Notes under the pieces: generated by a model | Told to the model about the DNA's origin: nothing | Database searches by the model: none | The model's input: the letters and a program-made list of their open reading frames with translations, nothing else | Assembly: GCA_002633005.1 (NCBI GenBank) | Contig: NMRA01000103.1 | Span: 465,612 to 529,611 of the forward strand | Length of the DNA stretch: 64,000 nucleotides | Reading direction: 5' to 3' | Origin: Phoronis australis | Taxonomy: Eukaryota; Animalia; Phoronida | Program-made: the position numbers and the translations under genes | Part shown: positions 13,901 through 28,519 of the stretch, one piece after another | Position numbering within the stretch: position 1 is the first letter of the stretch | Layout: every line of letters starts with the position of its first letter

Positions 13901-14530
13901 TTTGGAATAAGTTAATTCATGGTGCATTTCTGACTTAAGTCTAGTTCTGGTTTAAGCACCCACCCCCAATTTCTTGGAATTTCATGTTTAACCTCTCGTG
14001 TCTGGTTTTACTAGTTTTACTAGTTGTAAATTATTATATTTAGATATATGCACATATGCATTATTAGACATTTTGCTAAACATCAGTCAAGCGTTATCAG
14101 TTTCTAGACAACTTCATCAAACTACAGTCTATCATTGCACAAACTAACTCCAACTGTGTGGTAAAGAGGGCCCATGAATTCTGTGTGGCATGTTTATAGA
14201 TGTGTTGTTTTAGTCTGTGCTTCCATGAACATGTCACGAGCATATCAAGCACCCTCTTTAGGCACACAGAGTCAACGCATACTAGCTTATGATTCTCGCT
14301 GAACCTTCATATCAAAGAATCACTGACTCAGTATTCTTAACACCTAATTGATTAGTGTGGATATTAAGCCGAGATTTCTTCAGAACTGTAGACTGAGTAA
14401 AAACCATGTTTTCTGAAAACACAAATTCTGACATTATGCCAGTCTTCTATCAATTAGGTCTGTAAAATTATCGTAATTTAGCAGCAAAGTTTGATAGCAA
14501 TGCACCACAGTTTGTTGAAAGTCTTTCATA

Positions 14531-16336
14531 CCGTAAACGTTTGGATTAACGCTCATGCTCAGTTAACCGCCCACCCCCTACTTTAGGTGGATTTTCGATT
14601 TAACCGCCCACTGCTCGGTTAAGCGCCCCCCTGCGATTTTTGAAGATTTCCAGTTAAGCGCCCACCTCTCGGTTAAGCGCCCATCCCTGACTTTTAAAGA
14701 ATGAAGATTTAGCGCCCAGTGCTAAGGAAACGCGCGATTCCCCGACTTTGAGAAAAAGATCGATGATCACAATGAGCGCAACGACGCCGGGCCTCCGAGA
14801 CGGTGGTTTAGCAATGTGAATTGCAATTGTACAAGTAACGAGTTATTGTCTTGGGTCATGGACTCACTTCAAAATATAATACTTGAACGTTTTTGTCACT
14901 TTATTTTCTTCCCATGTTTGCAAAGTTTACGAACGCCGCCGGCGTCAAAACCTGCGCTTTCAGCGACTTTGTCTACCGCGCTGAGTTTTCGTCTACAGTG
15001 CACTTGATAAAACATATGTTCGAAAAAATTAGGCAAGAGAAATGAGACAATGGTTAAAAGTATATAGTCACGCCCGTTTCTGTTACTTAGGACTGTCGCT
15101 ATTCTCTTTTGATGTGTCACTTTGTAGTGGTGCACGCGCAAGTTCCCACACTTTGGAGTGCATGTTACCTTGACACCAACTTGTGATTGACAGGTGACTC
15201 GCATGTAGGCCCTACACGCGTGCTGAATCCCGCCGCTATCTTTGGCCATAAAAAACGAGATGCATATTGAAAGAGGCCGTTATATTACTTGACGGCATTT
15301 CCAAGTCACGATTGTCAGCCGACTGAGACATTGCGCGCTAACAACTGGACCGAACAGTGCCGCAGTGCGATATTGCAAGTGATATAAATAGGATAATCTG
15401 GACATCTTGCATGAAAAATAAATGTTTTTCCACCACGAAGTTTGGTAAGGTGATCGTTTATGAATTGAAACATCGCTGTTTTGTAGCGTTTTATCACATA
15501 TTTATGCCGTGGCTCGAAATTTTATTCTTGATTGACGAGTGGCACACGGCCGCTTAACCCCGATTCTTGTCTTGGGCCTACTTCTTTGCCGATCATGTTT
15601 GGCGCAACGGCAAGTGAGCAATGCCGGGCAGTCGAGATAAAACAGCAAGCCACAGAACCATACGCTGAAAATATCATTGAGTCACGGTGTGTTGACTATA
15701 AACATCCCAAACACAAAAAACATCTGAATCAAGGTTTTCAAACTTTTATTACAACCAATTTTAAAACTGCTCTCTGACTATGAACTTGGCAGCTAGTACG
15801 AGACTGTAACCATAAATCTGATGTCTGCTGTGACCTCTGCAACACGTGAAGCTTGCACGCGCGTACTTTAGCAAGATGAAGTAGTTGCAATCCAAGTAGA
15901 GGCTGCGTGGTCACTGGTCGTCTGCGCTCTACACTACAGGGCTAAATAACAAGACCGCAGGACGGCACGGGGCTATTACTCAGCAATTCTGTAAATTTAA
16001 TAGTGAATAACTAATCTGAGGGCATGATAACCTTTGTTAGGATCATCCGCTGTTATGACATTTTTCCCGTCATGTGGCGACGTGACGATAACGCTCTTTG
16101 AAAAGTGCTACGAGTAGGCCTACGACTACGTGTGTGGTGTGGGTACTTCGATCACGAGGTAAGACTAACCGCCCAGGGCGCTTGCCTGTCGTAATAAGCG
16201 CCCATGTTCGGTTAACCGCCCACCCTGCATTTTTTGAAGTTTCACGTTTAAGTGCCCATGTCTGGTTAACCGCCCACCCCCGATTTTTTGGGTTTGCCAA
16301 TTTAACCGCCCAGGGCGTTAACCCGAACGTTTACGG
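14531..16336 (+). mobile_element. Non-autonomous Tc2/pogo-like DNA transposon, 1.8 kb
   Basis: TA|CCGTAAACGTTTGGATTAACGC...GCGTTAACCCGAACGTTTACGG|TA, i.e. TIRs with a TA target duplication. Subterminal TTAACCGCCC/TTAAGCGCCC arrays. Homologous along its length to 51567-53972 in inverse orientation. Confidence 0.92.
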
Positions 16337-16419
16337 TAGATTACATATACGTCACAGAGCGTAAATTTGATGAATCTTAGCTTCCTATTTCACCCGTTTC
16401 GGAGACCGGGTTTCAACCG

Positions 16420-16499
16420 CCTTGGGTTATAATAAGCGCTCCCCCCCCTGAACCGAACTTTTCTAAGCGCCCTGGGCGGTTATTACAGCGAATACGGTA
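16420..16499. mobile_element. Terminal fragment of a related Tc2-like element
   Basis: TAAGCGC motifs and a ...GCGAATACGG|TA terminus. Confidence 0.5.
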
Positions 16500-19103
16500 T
16501 TTGGGCTAGTTATTTAAATATCAGCGTTTACCTCAGGTGTCAAAAAATCCAAGCTGAATCCTACCTGCCACTGTGCATTACTTGGTTAATTGATAGGAAG
16601 TCTGCCACAGCATCTGTCATCTGAGTAACATGAGGCCTGTACTTTGGTCTTGATCAGCGCCAATGAATATGTTACATGTTGACTTCTTCGTTTTTGACTA
16701 TGGCTTTCTATTCCGTTGTTTTAGGCCATAATATTCTACCTGGCCCAGTTCATTGACCTCTTTGTGTGGTGGCTGCCAAACGCCGATGTAGAGACTTGCC
16801 AATACAAACTCTGGGTTTTTAAAGGTGTATTAAGCACATGTTTCATGAATTTTTCTTACTGTTGAATTTATTAGTTTTTTTCCGTATAGAAGACTAATTG
16901 TGAAACTGTTCTTTACTTTAAATAGCTTAGTTTAAGTAGTCAGTGGCCAGACGACCTTTGGTAAACAAGTAGTTAGGCTACGGGGGTTGCTATCCCCGAG
17001 ACCAGAGTCCAAGTCGCAGTTTCGTTAATTGTTATGAATTGAAAATGAATGTTTTACATTTCTTCACTGGATTTTGCCAATGTTCTCTCTTCAGAGCATT
17101 TTCATTTTGTCTTGTTATCAGTGACCTTTCTTTTTGCAAAATGTACTGCCTCACAAAACTTATAAGTGTTTGGACTTTCTTTTGTATTGTTATGCAAGTA
17201 CAAATTGGTTCATGGGTGGCTGTTCAATAGAAGTTGTTGGTCATGATTGGTTTATGCCATGTTGTAGTTGTTACTTTAACAAATCTTTACTCTAATGCAG
17301 GCGGCCATGTTTTGGCTCAAGTCTCATTTGAGTTACAAAGACTGACTATTCAGTTTACAATAATAAATAATTGGAAAATTATGGAGCACATACTCTTGAG
17401 AATTTTTTTTCTGAGGGACCACTTTCTCTTCCGTTGTCACAAGTGTGTACTGGCATGATCTAAGCAATTGTCTTTCAGGAGATGTTCCAAAATTAATGGC
17501 TGCCACTTTTTAGTCCTTCAAAGTTTCATCAAATGCTATTACTTCCTAATGAAATTCCTTGTATTAATACTTTCAACTGACCACTAATGGCATTTGGAGA
17601 CCGCAGTTGGCTGGGTTCTCTTCAAGCTCTGAGACCAATTAGTAACTGTTGAGATGTTAAATCATTGGGATTAAATTCAGAACTGCACGTGTGCATCTTA
17701 ATCACCGTGTGATGGTTGGTTGTCCATTTTAACGAACTGAGACATTGTTTTACTAGGAGTCCGTAAAGTACATTTTCGTTTATTGTCAGCCCTAAGGTTT
17801 ATAAAATGCGGACACTTCGCTGTTTCAAAATGATGACCAAGTGATGTTAAATAAGGTTTTCTTTTTGCGCAAATTGTTACAGTAATGGACACGCATCTAG
17901 GCAATTTATTTTAATTAAAGATCGGCGTAATGTCACAGGTAACGCAGAAGTAATCGATTGATAGTCACTGTTCAGAATTTGATTTGAAAATGTTCAATTT
18001 TGTTCAAGAAAGAATTAATTACATTTTTTGTGGTGTGTGGAAATGGCAGTTGTATATAGCATTTTTTAAAACTATTTGTTGTGAATTTGAAGTTTGGAGA
18101 AGTGTGAGTCAGTAGTTGGAGTTGGTGAACTTCACCTCTGTGTAAAGCACTGAAAAACAATTTTCACTCATCAATTCATGGCAAATGTGATTAACATTTC
18201 ATTTCCAGTGGCAAAATGAGTTGTTGATCTTTTGGAAATTGCCTGGGGAAGAATCAAGCCACATCTATAATCATAACGATGAGTGCCGTGCATGGCAATT
18301 CATTGAAGGCTATGCGCTTCTTTAACTTGATTTGCCGACATCTGACCGACATTCTGCAGGTTGCACTTAATTTAACAGAAATCTTCTCTCTCTCTAATTA
18401 GCGTTAATTCACTGGTGGAATGACTGATCACTTTGGCTAAAAGCATCTCGACCTGTCTTACACATGCACACCAGCGCAGACTCCCTGTAAACCACTTGCT
18501 TTGTGAGTTGGCAACAAGCTTGCAACAGTCAGGGCTGACAAGCTGTTCCGCTGCTGTTGGTTTGACAAGACATTCACATTGTGCTTAGTACGGTAGCAGT
18601 GTCCTCATTGAGGATATCACAGTTCTTGCATCGTGGTCAGTACGCTCCAGCCGTCTTCTTGAAGAAAGTTTTTCAGTTGATGACTTCATTAGTGTTTCTC
18701 TGACTGTGCGGAGGCCTTCTATTTCTTTGGTGCTAACTTTCTCAGGTCAGCTGACCAACCAAGGAATTGCACCTTTCCACTGGAATTGTGAGTATGCCAC
18801 AGAATTTGTAAAAAGTCCCATTTAAATGTATTTATTATGGTTAAGTACCCTAAAAAACGTCCCAAATTTGGCCAACTCCGGAACATCATGTCACAGAAAT
18901 GGCTGATCAGACTCATATGAAACTTTCAGACGCTATGGCTTTATACACTTTTTTCCAAAACCGCATTGGGAATTGTTTTCTAAAATGTTTCATTTTTCCA
19001 TGAGGGCTATCGAGGATTTCATAAAAAACTCACAAGTTGCATAAAACAAAAAACGAAATGATAATTTAGAAAACTGCGACAACGTTTTTGAGATTTCATA
19101 ATG

Positions 19104-20278
19104 AACATTTGGGTTAATGCCCTGGGCACTTAAATTTTGGCAATCCTGAATATTGCGGATGACTGCTCAACCTGGAAATTTCAAGAAATTACGGGTGGGC
19201 GCTAAATAACCCAGAAACTTCAAGAAATTGGGTATGGGCACTTTCCCCTACATGGGTACTTAACCCGATCCTGGCTAAACATGATCTTCCAAATTGAAGT
19301 CCGCAGATCCGAATTGCTATGAATTTTCCTCAAGGCTAGTAGTCAGCGCAAAAGTTAAATCAGCGCTCTCTAATCGACCGGTGTATTTGGTTACCTAAGT
19401 ATGTAACTTGAAATAGGAGAAAATAAACATTGAAAAAATGACCTCTGAAATTCTAGGACTGACCAGCCATATGACTGTCACCAAAGTCATCAACCGTGAG
19501 TGAGATTAATCTAAAGGCAAACTCTTTCGTTTTGTTTGCAGTTCAAATTTTGCGGCTTTAGCGGTTCAAAAGTCATGCTGTCAAAAAACTTTTGCGGGGG
19601 AGGCTCAATTGTATGCCCTGCAAAAATAACATATTTATGCGCTAGAACTATGCAGTGCAAATTTCACAGGCATAAGATCTTGTGACTTACGGGTGCTTAC
19701 ACGTTCAGTAATTAATTTTGCATCAAATAAAAAGGCTCAATACTTCAACTTCGTGTGGATTTCCATTGTTGGATGACTGGAGTTTCCTCCCTTGGCACTG
19801 AATACCTGCCATATCTGGAAAACATACGCCACAAATGGCACGTGACCCTATCATGCATGTAACATGTAACTTTGCCTTGGGAGACGAGCAAAGTCAGGGT
19901 TTTGCTCTTAAAACTTGGAGAAAAAACAGATCCTTTTGAAAAATAATTTTTTTAGAAGAAGAGTCAGTGGCCGACTAGTCTCAGTAAGTGTCAGTTGCAA
20001 CTAAGTGGCCATTTTAAATACTCCGCAGAAGACGCTAACAGAATTGGAATTCCTTGGGCGACTACTCGAAATTGTTCCAATATTTCTGCATTTAAAAGCA
20101 TGCCTTTGCTGTTTTGAACACCAGTTTGGTGTGGCAAATCATGGATGGGCAATAGCCTGAGCAGTGGACGCTTAATTGAACTTCCTCAAAAATTGGGCAT
20201 GGGTACTTAGCCGTGTAGTGGGCACTTGTGATAAAAGGGCTTATGGGAGCACGTACGCAGTAACCCAAATGTTTATGG
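19104..20278. mobile_element. Tc2/pogo-like non-autonomous element nested in repeat family A
   Basis: AACATTTGGGTTAATGC... and ...GCAGTAACCCAAATGTTTATGG|TA with GGGCACTT/GGGCGCT motif arrays. Family-A sequence stops at ~19105 and resumes at ~20281. Confidence 0.65.
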
Positions 20279-20958
20279 TATTTCATATGAAATTTGGTTA
20301 TGTTGCATCTTTCTTTTTAGCTAAACTGTACTAAAAAGACCTACCGGTTGTCATGTGACCCAATCAATGGTAGATTGGTAAAAAGTCAAAAATCATTTTA
20401 CAACGTTTCTGATTACTGATAATATATTTTGACTGAATTGAAATTTATATATTTTTAGATTCTTGGATAAATACAAAGACTCAAACTTTCGTAATTCTTA
20501 GTGGAATAGCGTAACATTCATAGTTAATCGTCGCCATTTTCATGAGCATACAAACCGCATGCTTTTGGGGAGAAAGCTTGCTGCACATGCTGCTTGTGGT
20601 TTGAATGTTATGTACGTTTTTGGCTAAAGATAAACGGTTCTTTGGGAAATTGTCACGTGATCCTGACCTTGAATGACCTCGTAAATGTCAAAAATTAATT
20701 GTGCGCCTTGGTGAACATAAGAATCAACCCAGAAAGTTCATGAGATTCTGTCAAGTGGTTGTATACCTACATATAATTTATGCTATTAGGCCAAGTTTTG
20801 ACCTAATCAAGTATGCAAATCTTGGTTAATGAGGTCAAATTTGAACCTTATATCAGGATCGAAAAAGCACCTCAAAATTGTCATGTGGGCCTAAAATGGT
20901 GATTGTTGCTAAAACTTGCACACTCGTCTGCTTAGCGCCCGGACTTTAACGCAAAAGA

Positions 20959-21012
20959 CCGGGACACATAGAACCCGGGACACATAGAACCCGGAACACA
21001 TAGAAACCGGGA
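20959..21012. repeat. 16-bp tandem repeat, about 3 copies
   Basis: CCGGGACACATAGAAC repeated. Confidence 0.85.
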
Positions 21013-22289
21013 TGCAATGCTTCACTCTCATAAATTACAAAAGAAATTTGAAACCTTTTACATGCAAATTTTGCAAAAAAATATTTCTGTTCTTTTGAAG
21101 ACTAGTTTGCTGTTCCAACATCAATATGTACAGTGCCATCTGCTGGCTGGTGCATCTATTAATTGGTATTTGTGAAGTAATTATTACGTTTCAGGTTTGG
21201 TCGAAAGGTGAAGTCCACAAAACAGCAACTTATGATCTTTTCATGTTTTTGTACAATTGAAATAATGTTGAAATGTTTTTGTTGCTTCCCATAGGTTCGT
21301 ACTACATTTCGACCTCACTATCACCAATGACGAAACATGGTTCTGTCCATCTGGTCGATGCCTTTAAGGTCTAATTTACTGTACAGTTGAAGTGTATAGT
21401 GAATCTGGTATCAGTTGAGAACTATGTCATTTTTTGTTCCAAATTCTTCATCTGTCAGTGTTATGGTTGATGCACGTCCTTGACCCCATAGTTTACTACT
21501 TACATAAATTTTATCTAAGTCAAAATGATATGTATACCCTATGGTTTTCTGTGCGTGGCATAACATTTAAAGTTTTTGAAACGCTATTCCTCTTACAAGA
21601 TGATGGGGTTTTTTCATGTTCCGTTCTCATTTCCGACGCAAGACAGATTTGCATTTAGTTGCTTTTAGGTTCAGTTGTTGTTCTTGAGAAGCTCTTGTAG
21701 ACTCTCTTTGTCTTGGCTGCTGAAAAGCTTTGGCCATTATCTATCAAACTCAGTGTGTAGGAAAGCGTGCACTTCACTATGACTGGTTCGTCATTAACAA
21801 AATTGAATTGTTATGTTCTGTGCATTACTGTAAAACTCTTTACAAAGAGCAATCATCCTAAGTGGGCAGGCTTTCATGTTTGGGCAAAAACACTTTGCAA
21901 TGTTGTCTACTTACAATTAAGCGAGTCGTCACGGAGTGAAACATTAGCCAAATTGCTTTTAGGTGTTAGGAGCACGTCATAAATAAATCTGATTCTTGAC
22001 ATCTCGATTTGATGTTCAAGCGTCTACACGATTTCTGCATTAAACTCGGCTCTCACTTTTTGTTTTCATCATTAAATTAAGCAGGCTCTTCTGCCTGAAA
22101 GAGTCTTCTTTAATTGCCGTTTCATGTTCAGTTTTCGGTACCCCGGTTTTCTGGGATTGTTAACTTGCTGTTAATTGCTTATATTGGAGTCTTTAGAAAT
22201 AGTCTTACATGTATAATTGATGGTCTTTAGCCTGATGGCTGTATTTTGGATGCATCGAGCTAAATTTAGAGTTCAACTACCACATACAG

Positions 22290-22495
22290 TGAGTAATTCT
22301 TCGCCTATTTTGCACAAAAATAATTGTCGTTTTTATATTTTTCAAAGGTTGATTACTTTATTGCGAGTAATGGAAAATTTATCAATTCTTTTATGATATC
22401 TACATAGTTCATACCGTGCTGGTAATGGATTAAGAATTGTTCCTAATCGTTATTTTTGTGGAGAAATTTGACAAAATGGAATTTCACTTGTCAAC
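22290..22495 (+). mobile_element. Small MITE family C (second copy at ~26960-27191)
   Basis: AGTAATTCTTC...GCACAAAAATAATTG...TTATTTTTGTGGAGAA...AATTTCACTTG is shared by both copies. The second copy ends GAAGAATTACTG, the inverse of the start. Confidence 0.65.
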
Positions 22496-22711
22496 CATAT
22501 TATGTGCTAAGTAAGTGTAAAGAGTGAGTAAGAAGTGACTTCTGTATTTGGAATGAATTCAAGGTTGGGTTGATGATGGTTGGGCAAGTTCAAAATTTGT
22601 TTTTCAATGTATTATTTCTTGTCGTTATTAATGTCAAGCAATCGAGGCTTGGTGGATTGGGTTGACAGGACTAGAGTTATGCTATGTGACTAGTTGAAGC
22701 AACGTACCAAC

Positions 22712-22890
22712 AATTGACCTATCGCCAAGATTTTGAGTGACAGCTTAACTGACCATTTAGAACGCAGCATTATTGACACACCTTCGTTTTCAAACCGCCA
22801 TTTTACCTGACAAACAACACGTTGCCGGGTAAAACTTATTGTTTGTTCGTCAACATTACGCAAGGGGGCGGAGCTTGCGATAGGTCAATT
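22712..22890. mobile_element. ~180-bp MITE
   Basis: Perfect 14-bp TIR AATTGACCTATCGC...GCGATAGGTCAATT. Confidence 0.7.
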
Positions 22891-25800
22891 ACCAAACTTA
22901 TCCAGCTTGATAGCCAGCATGCTTAGGGAACTAAAAATCGGATGGTGGGTGTTTAAAAATGACAATATTAAGAAGTGGGAGTAGGCCATTCACCAGAACT
23001 CTAGCTTCAGGTAAACTTGCCATAATTACATTCAAAAGTCTACAGTCATATGAAACATAAATGCAGATTGTATGAATATTTTCCTGCCTGAATAAGGTAA
23101 GGTAGTGCTAAAATGAATGTTTGCAAGTTCTATAGGTTTTGGAAGTTTTCAAAAACAGGGAGCTCTCAAGGAAATCAGGATCATGTAATCCGTCGTTGGG
23201 TAAGGTAGTAACTCCATCTGGTGTTTAGTCACAGAGTCACCCTCCATTTCTTGCCATGTTGTTTTCAGCCCATAAAATGGCAATGGTTGTTGGCACAATT
23301 TTTGGGGTCCAGTATCAAGTTTTAAAGAACCGTCGAGGGTTGTTTGGTCAGGGTTGAGGTATTTTTCTCAAAAAGTTACCATTGTTCTTTGCAACCTATT
23401 TTAACTTGTTACTGCATGGAGTTTGCATTATGTCATGATGCGTTTGGCTTACTTGCGTCGAGCTTGAAATATTAGGAGATTTGGCATTTTGCAAATTATG
23501 ATTTTTTTGATTTTTGGTACCAACCTGTTCAGTGTATTTGTTCGAAAACATAACAAACAAAACTCACCACTGTGTGGACAATACAGGTAATATATGAATT
23601 TAATAACTTCAGTCGAGTTTTAAATTTTCTGTTGTGGAGAACACTGTCTAGCTACCAGGACTTTAAGTCCTTTGTCTTAGGCAATGAATTTGAACCCCTA
23701 TCCATTCAATAGTGGAATAGTAAGGGGTTTTCTGGAAAAAATTACCTTACCTGTGAGCCATTTAGTCAAAAAGTTTACCCTTAAGTCGGTGTTTTTCATG
23801 CAGAAAGTGAAAATATTCAGTTGTAAATACACATACAATATGTGCGAACTACACTAGTTTTAAAACAGTTCCAGCTTATAAATTTTTGAATGATTTCGCT
23901 CAAATGTTCCTTGTAGGTTTTGCCACAACTCTGATGAAGCTTCCAAAATTTCAATGGCATTTGTCAACTACTTTTTGTTAATCGGTAATTCAGTACTGTC
24001 TTCTGATGAAAGTTCTAATGTTGCTTTTTTGTCAGTGTCTGCTTATGTCTGTGTTTCCTGTTTACAACACTACCTGCCATGCTTTCTGCAACGTTTGCTA
24101 CAAAAGCTCCATGTGTGCCCTGATGCAAGTGAGCTTTTTTGCATAAATCACATTATCTGTGTACAACATGTCGTGACTACGTGTTTTTCCTCATGAAATG
24201 CTGAATGTGGAGGCGTTTGATTTTTTCTGTGTCGTTTTCCGTGAGCACATGGTTGAAAATGCCGGCAATGCAGACAAGCCAAGGGATTGGTGACGGCGAC
24301 TCCTAGTGTTTCAAAGTCGAATGAGTACTGTAGCTTGTCCACTGGTTTGGACATTGTTGATCTTCATTAAATGAGCTCTGCCATCACTGGCACTAATTAG
24401 GCTCATTACATGGATGACATGGAAATCCTCATTTGTCCTATTGACAGCTGCTAGTGTGCACCCTCTGTGGACTTGCAGCTTGAAATGACTTCATGGACAA
24501 TACAATTGGCACATTGTGGGTTTGGGATGTTAATTCAAGAGCTCATAAAGAATGCATTTCTTCTGTGTTCTTGTGTTGTTTGGAGTTCGAATTGCAGGCA
24601 GTATTTTCATGTTGTGCCTCATCTTTCAGCCAGTATTTTATGGCGATGCGGTTAAATCTCACGAACTTCAGAGAGTAATAACGACCAAAATCAATATGTT
24701 TACTTTAATTTTTAGGGCTTCTCAACATTGTTGTGAATGCCAAATAACAATAAATTTTCAAAACTTTATCTGATGGCAGCTGTGGTATAATACATGAACA
24801 TGGAAACGTATTCAAAAAGATGATAAATTAAAATTCCATTTGTCAGCCATTAATTACGTCCTAAGCTGGAGAAATTGTACCACAACAGCAACAATGACAT
24901 TCAAAGTGTATGTGGCGCCACCTATCCCATAATCGGTTTCTTTACCTTTTTTCAAAAAAGCTCTGTCTACTTCGCGACCTTTTCCTGTTCAGATGGCCCA
25001 CGTCATAGGATTCACATCGGGTACACTTACACCAAGGCCATTAGTTGATTTGCAAGTTGCTGGTAGAGACACCAGTATAGGGTATGGATGGAGACATTTT
25101 GTCACAACATTTCATTTGTATCGTTTGGCATTATTTGAATGAATTATGGCCTTGCACTCAGTTTGTAGTGCTCATTTGCACCTGGTGGCGTTTGCCCCTG
25201 GATGTGACTTACGACTTCTACTACAGGGGTGGAATTGTGTGAATGCAAACTGTAGAATGATGTTTTCTGCCTTTTTCAACTGAAAGTAAAATCACAAGTT
25301 AACTTATAGTAAAACAGGTGCATTTAACAGTGGGGTGTGTACTGTCAACACTGATTTAGTGGGAACATTCAATTTCAGTTTTGTCCTATTTATTAGCAGA
25401 TACTACTGTCAACAACTCTACAGTAGGCTAAAATGCTTTAATATTTTGTTCAAACATTCACTAGTTTACTACGTTTATCAATATATAAATCTTGAGTACA
25501 CATGGAAATGTAGAACGCAAACATTTTTAATTCTGTTCTGCACGCCACCTATTGGACTTCTGTGTTCGACCAGTGGTCCTGAGGGCTCAGGTTCCGGGTT
25601 CGAGTCCAGCTCAGGGTAGAAATCTTTTCAGACTTATGTTCATTAGGTCACATGGTGTGGCCAACAGGTGTCGTACAGACTAGAGTTAAAAATTTTGCAA
25701 CTCAACTGACTTAAAGTTATTTATCCATATGTGTTCTCGGCTCATCATATTTAAAAAATAATCACTTAAAAATCCCAACACCACCTGCTTTCATGGCTGA

Positions 25801-28519
25801 TCTTCTTACCACTTGTCAATGACTTCCATGTTGGTTTAGTACTGAAGCTAATGGAAACCTCAATGTTACCTTAGTCTTAGTTACCTTTATACATCTGTGT
25901 TAGCAAAATTAACTGAATTGCAAAAGACCCTAAGAAAATGTGAAAATGAATCGTGAATTTCTGTCTAGTATAGCTGGTTGCCACTATGTTCAACATCACT
26001 GTACTTTTTGTGTTGACATGACTGCTATTCTGAAATAGCTTGTCTTGTCATCATCTTCTTTTTTCAAAAAGTTTGTTACCTTTTGGAAATGTAAATGATT
26101 TTTAGTAAATCAAAATCCTCTGTGTCTTATTTACACCATATGTTGATGAACATTTCTGTCAAGGTATTTTTAAAGGATCACAAACTTCCCAACATGTTTT
26201 AAAGGTTCACAAATGGTTTGGAAAAATTCCTGTTTGCTTGCGAATCAATGTTTTATTTCTTCTCAACAGAAGTATGAAGACGATAAGTGCCTTTTTTGGT
26301 TTAAATGAAAGAGCACAGCTTTATTAGGTACCTCATTGTGCTACTTTTCACAACACAATGTTATGCGCCTAAGTGAGCGTGACGTCTCTTTAGGTGTAGA
26401 AATTTTCAGGTGTGTATGGATGCTGGTATCCATCATCATGCAGAGATATGTAAATTTCTTGCAACATCCTTCTGTGTACGCTAGAGTGCGTCATTATATC
26501 ACCAGTACAAATACACTAACATTATAAAGGGAAATGGTTATTTGGTGAGGAAATTAAGCTCCGAGAAGACTGGTTTATTGTCTGGCGCTAGTGGGTGGTT
26601 TCACAATGTTTCGAACTTCAGCGATAGCCGCAGAGTTGTCAGGTGCGTGAGTCTTACACTGTTGTGATGGGTGCCTTTTTAAGTCAAGCTGTGAGGCTTA
26701 TTATTAAATCCAAGTGTGGAAATGTCTCGTCTGATTTCTGCCAGTTACACTATCATTGGCAGTTACAAAAATGGTTATGATGATGATAGTAGTAATATTA
26801 GCATATTTCGTTATTACCTGGACAAAAATCTATTACTCAGTTAGTCGTGAATGTTGGAGGGTGTTTGTGTCAAAAATATGTCTCTTGCTCTTGTTGTTGT
26901 AGGAACAGTAAATCCTGCACCTTCTCTCAAAAACCTCAGATTTTGATTATGACCACTTAAAGTAATTTTCTTCTTAATTCGCACAAAAATAATTGCTAAA
27001 ATTGCCTATTTTCCGTTTTTCAAAGGCCGATTACTTTGCTGTAAATTAATGGAAAATTTACCAAAAAGTTATATTTTACGTCTACTCAGTACAAACTATG
27101 CTAGCAATAGACTAAAACTTTCTTGATGTTTATTTTTGTGGAGAAGTTCAAAAAAATATAATTTCACTTGTTGGCAGTGAAGAATTACTGTCACATCATA
27201 AAGTCAGAAATTGTTTTTAAAAAGTTGCTTTTTTATGAGTGGCTATCAAAAATAGGATTTAATAGCACTCTTGATTTTTTGAAACGGAAAGAAATGATAA
27301 TTTAGAGCATTGTAAGGGTGTTTCTGCAGTTTCAGCTTGAATGTTTATATGAAATGAAATGCGGTTATGTTATTGATACTCTTGTTGTGGTAGTGACGCA
27401 GGTAACTTTCTTTTTTGCTGATTTTTTCTAAAAAGACCTGATCACACCTGACGCAGTTAATGACGTGAGTCATATGAAGTCAAAAATCAAATTCTACAGG
27501 TTTTCCACAATGAGAAAATATATACTTTTACTGATTTAAAATCAATACTTTTGCAGATATTTTTTCCTTCATAACCTTAACACCAGGATATGGTTTATCA
27601 GTCCCTTTAAATGACTTGTGTATTTGGTATTAAGGGATCTTTTGTTGGCTTTAATTTTATGTGTTTAGTGGTTGGTTTGATGAAGCTTCTGCGGGTGCTG
27701 TGTAAGCGATTTTGACTTCCGGTATTGGCCACCGTTTTTGCATAACAATATTGCGGAGTGTATGCGAACTAAAATAACAAAGTCTCCTTCGGTAAAAAGT
27801 GGTATTTCAGGCCCAAACATGCCCGGGTGATGGTGAAACTGACAAAGGTTAGTGAGTTAGGTATGCTTTGGCATGGGCGACTAAAAGTAAAAAGGATAGA
27901 TTTTGGTGAAGGCTTTAAAGTCTCTAAGTGGAGTTTGAGTGCACATGCCTGCATCAGGGTTCCCTCTGAGCAAAATCCAAATGTGGTGCAAACTTGCTCA
28001 ACACGTTTTCATGTGTCTTTCTTTCTCCTAATTCACAGACACAGCTCTTGTTACACAACATTCTCGCTGAGCATGCCGTTTGAACATTATGTTACAGTTT
28101 AAGAATAAAAAATAAGTACCACTTACTGAAACATTGTAAACAGCAGACTAGACTCATGCTTCTTAAACTCGATTCAGGAGTTTCAAACATAGCTCATGTT
28201 ATCCAAGGATTGCTCAGAACTCTTCAAACAATTGGTGCAGCCTCATGTTTGAAAACGCTGCTACAGTGCAGGGCAAACGTAATCGGGCAAAATACCATTT
28301 CTCTGTGATTACGTCTATTGTTTATCCAGTCAAAATGACAGGTATTGATTATTATATTGCAAAAATTGTATTTACCTTTCTAACTTTCCTGCTAACTCCC
28401 ATTCACTCTCTGTTGTGAGGGACAATTGTTCCGATGATGTATTCAACTTCCACCCAGCCGTCATGATGGGGGAATTCCAGGTCATTTTGTCTGAATACTT
28501 TTGGCTCGTACTATGTATA

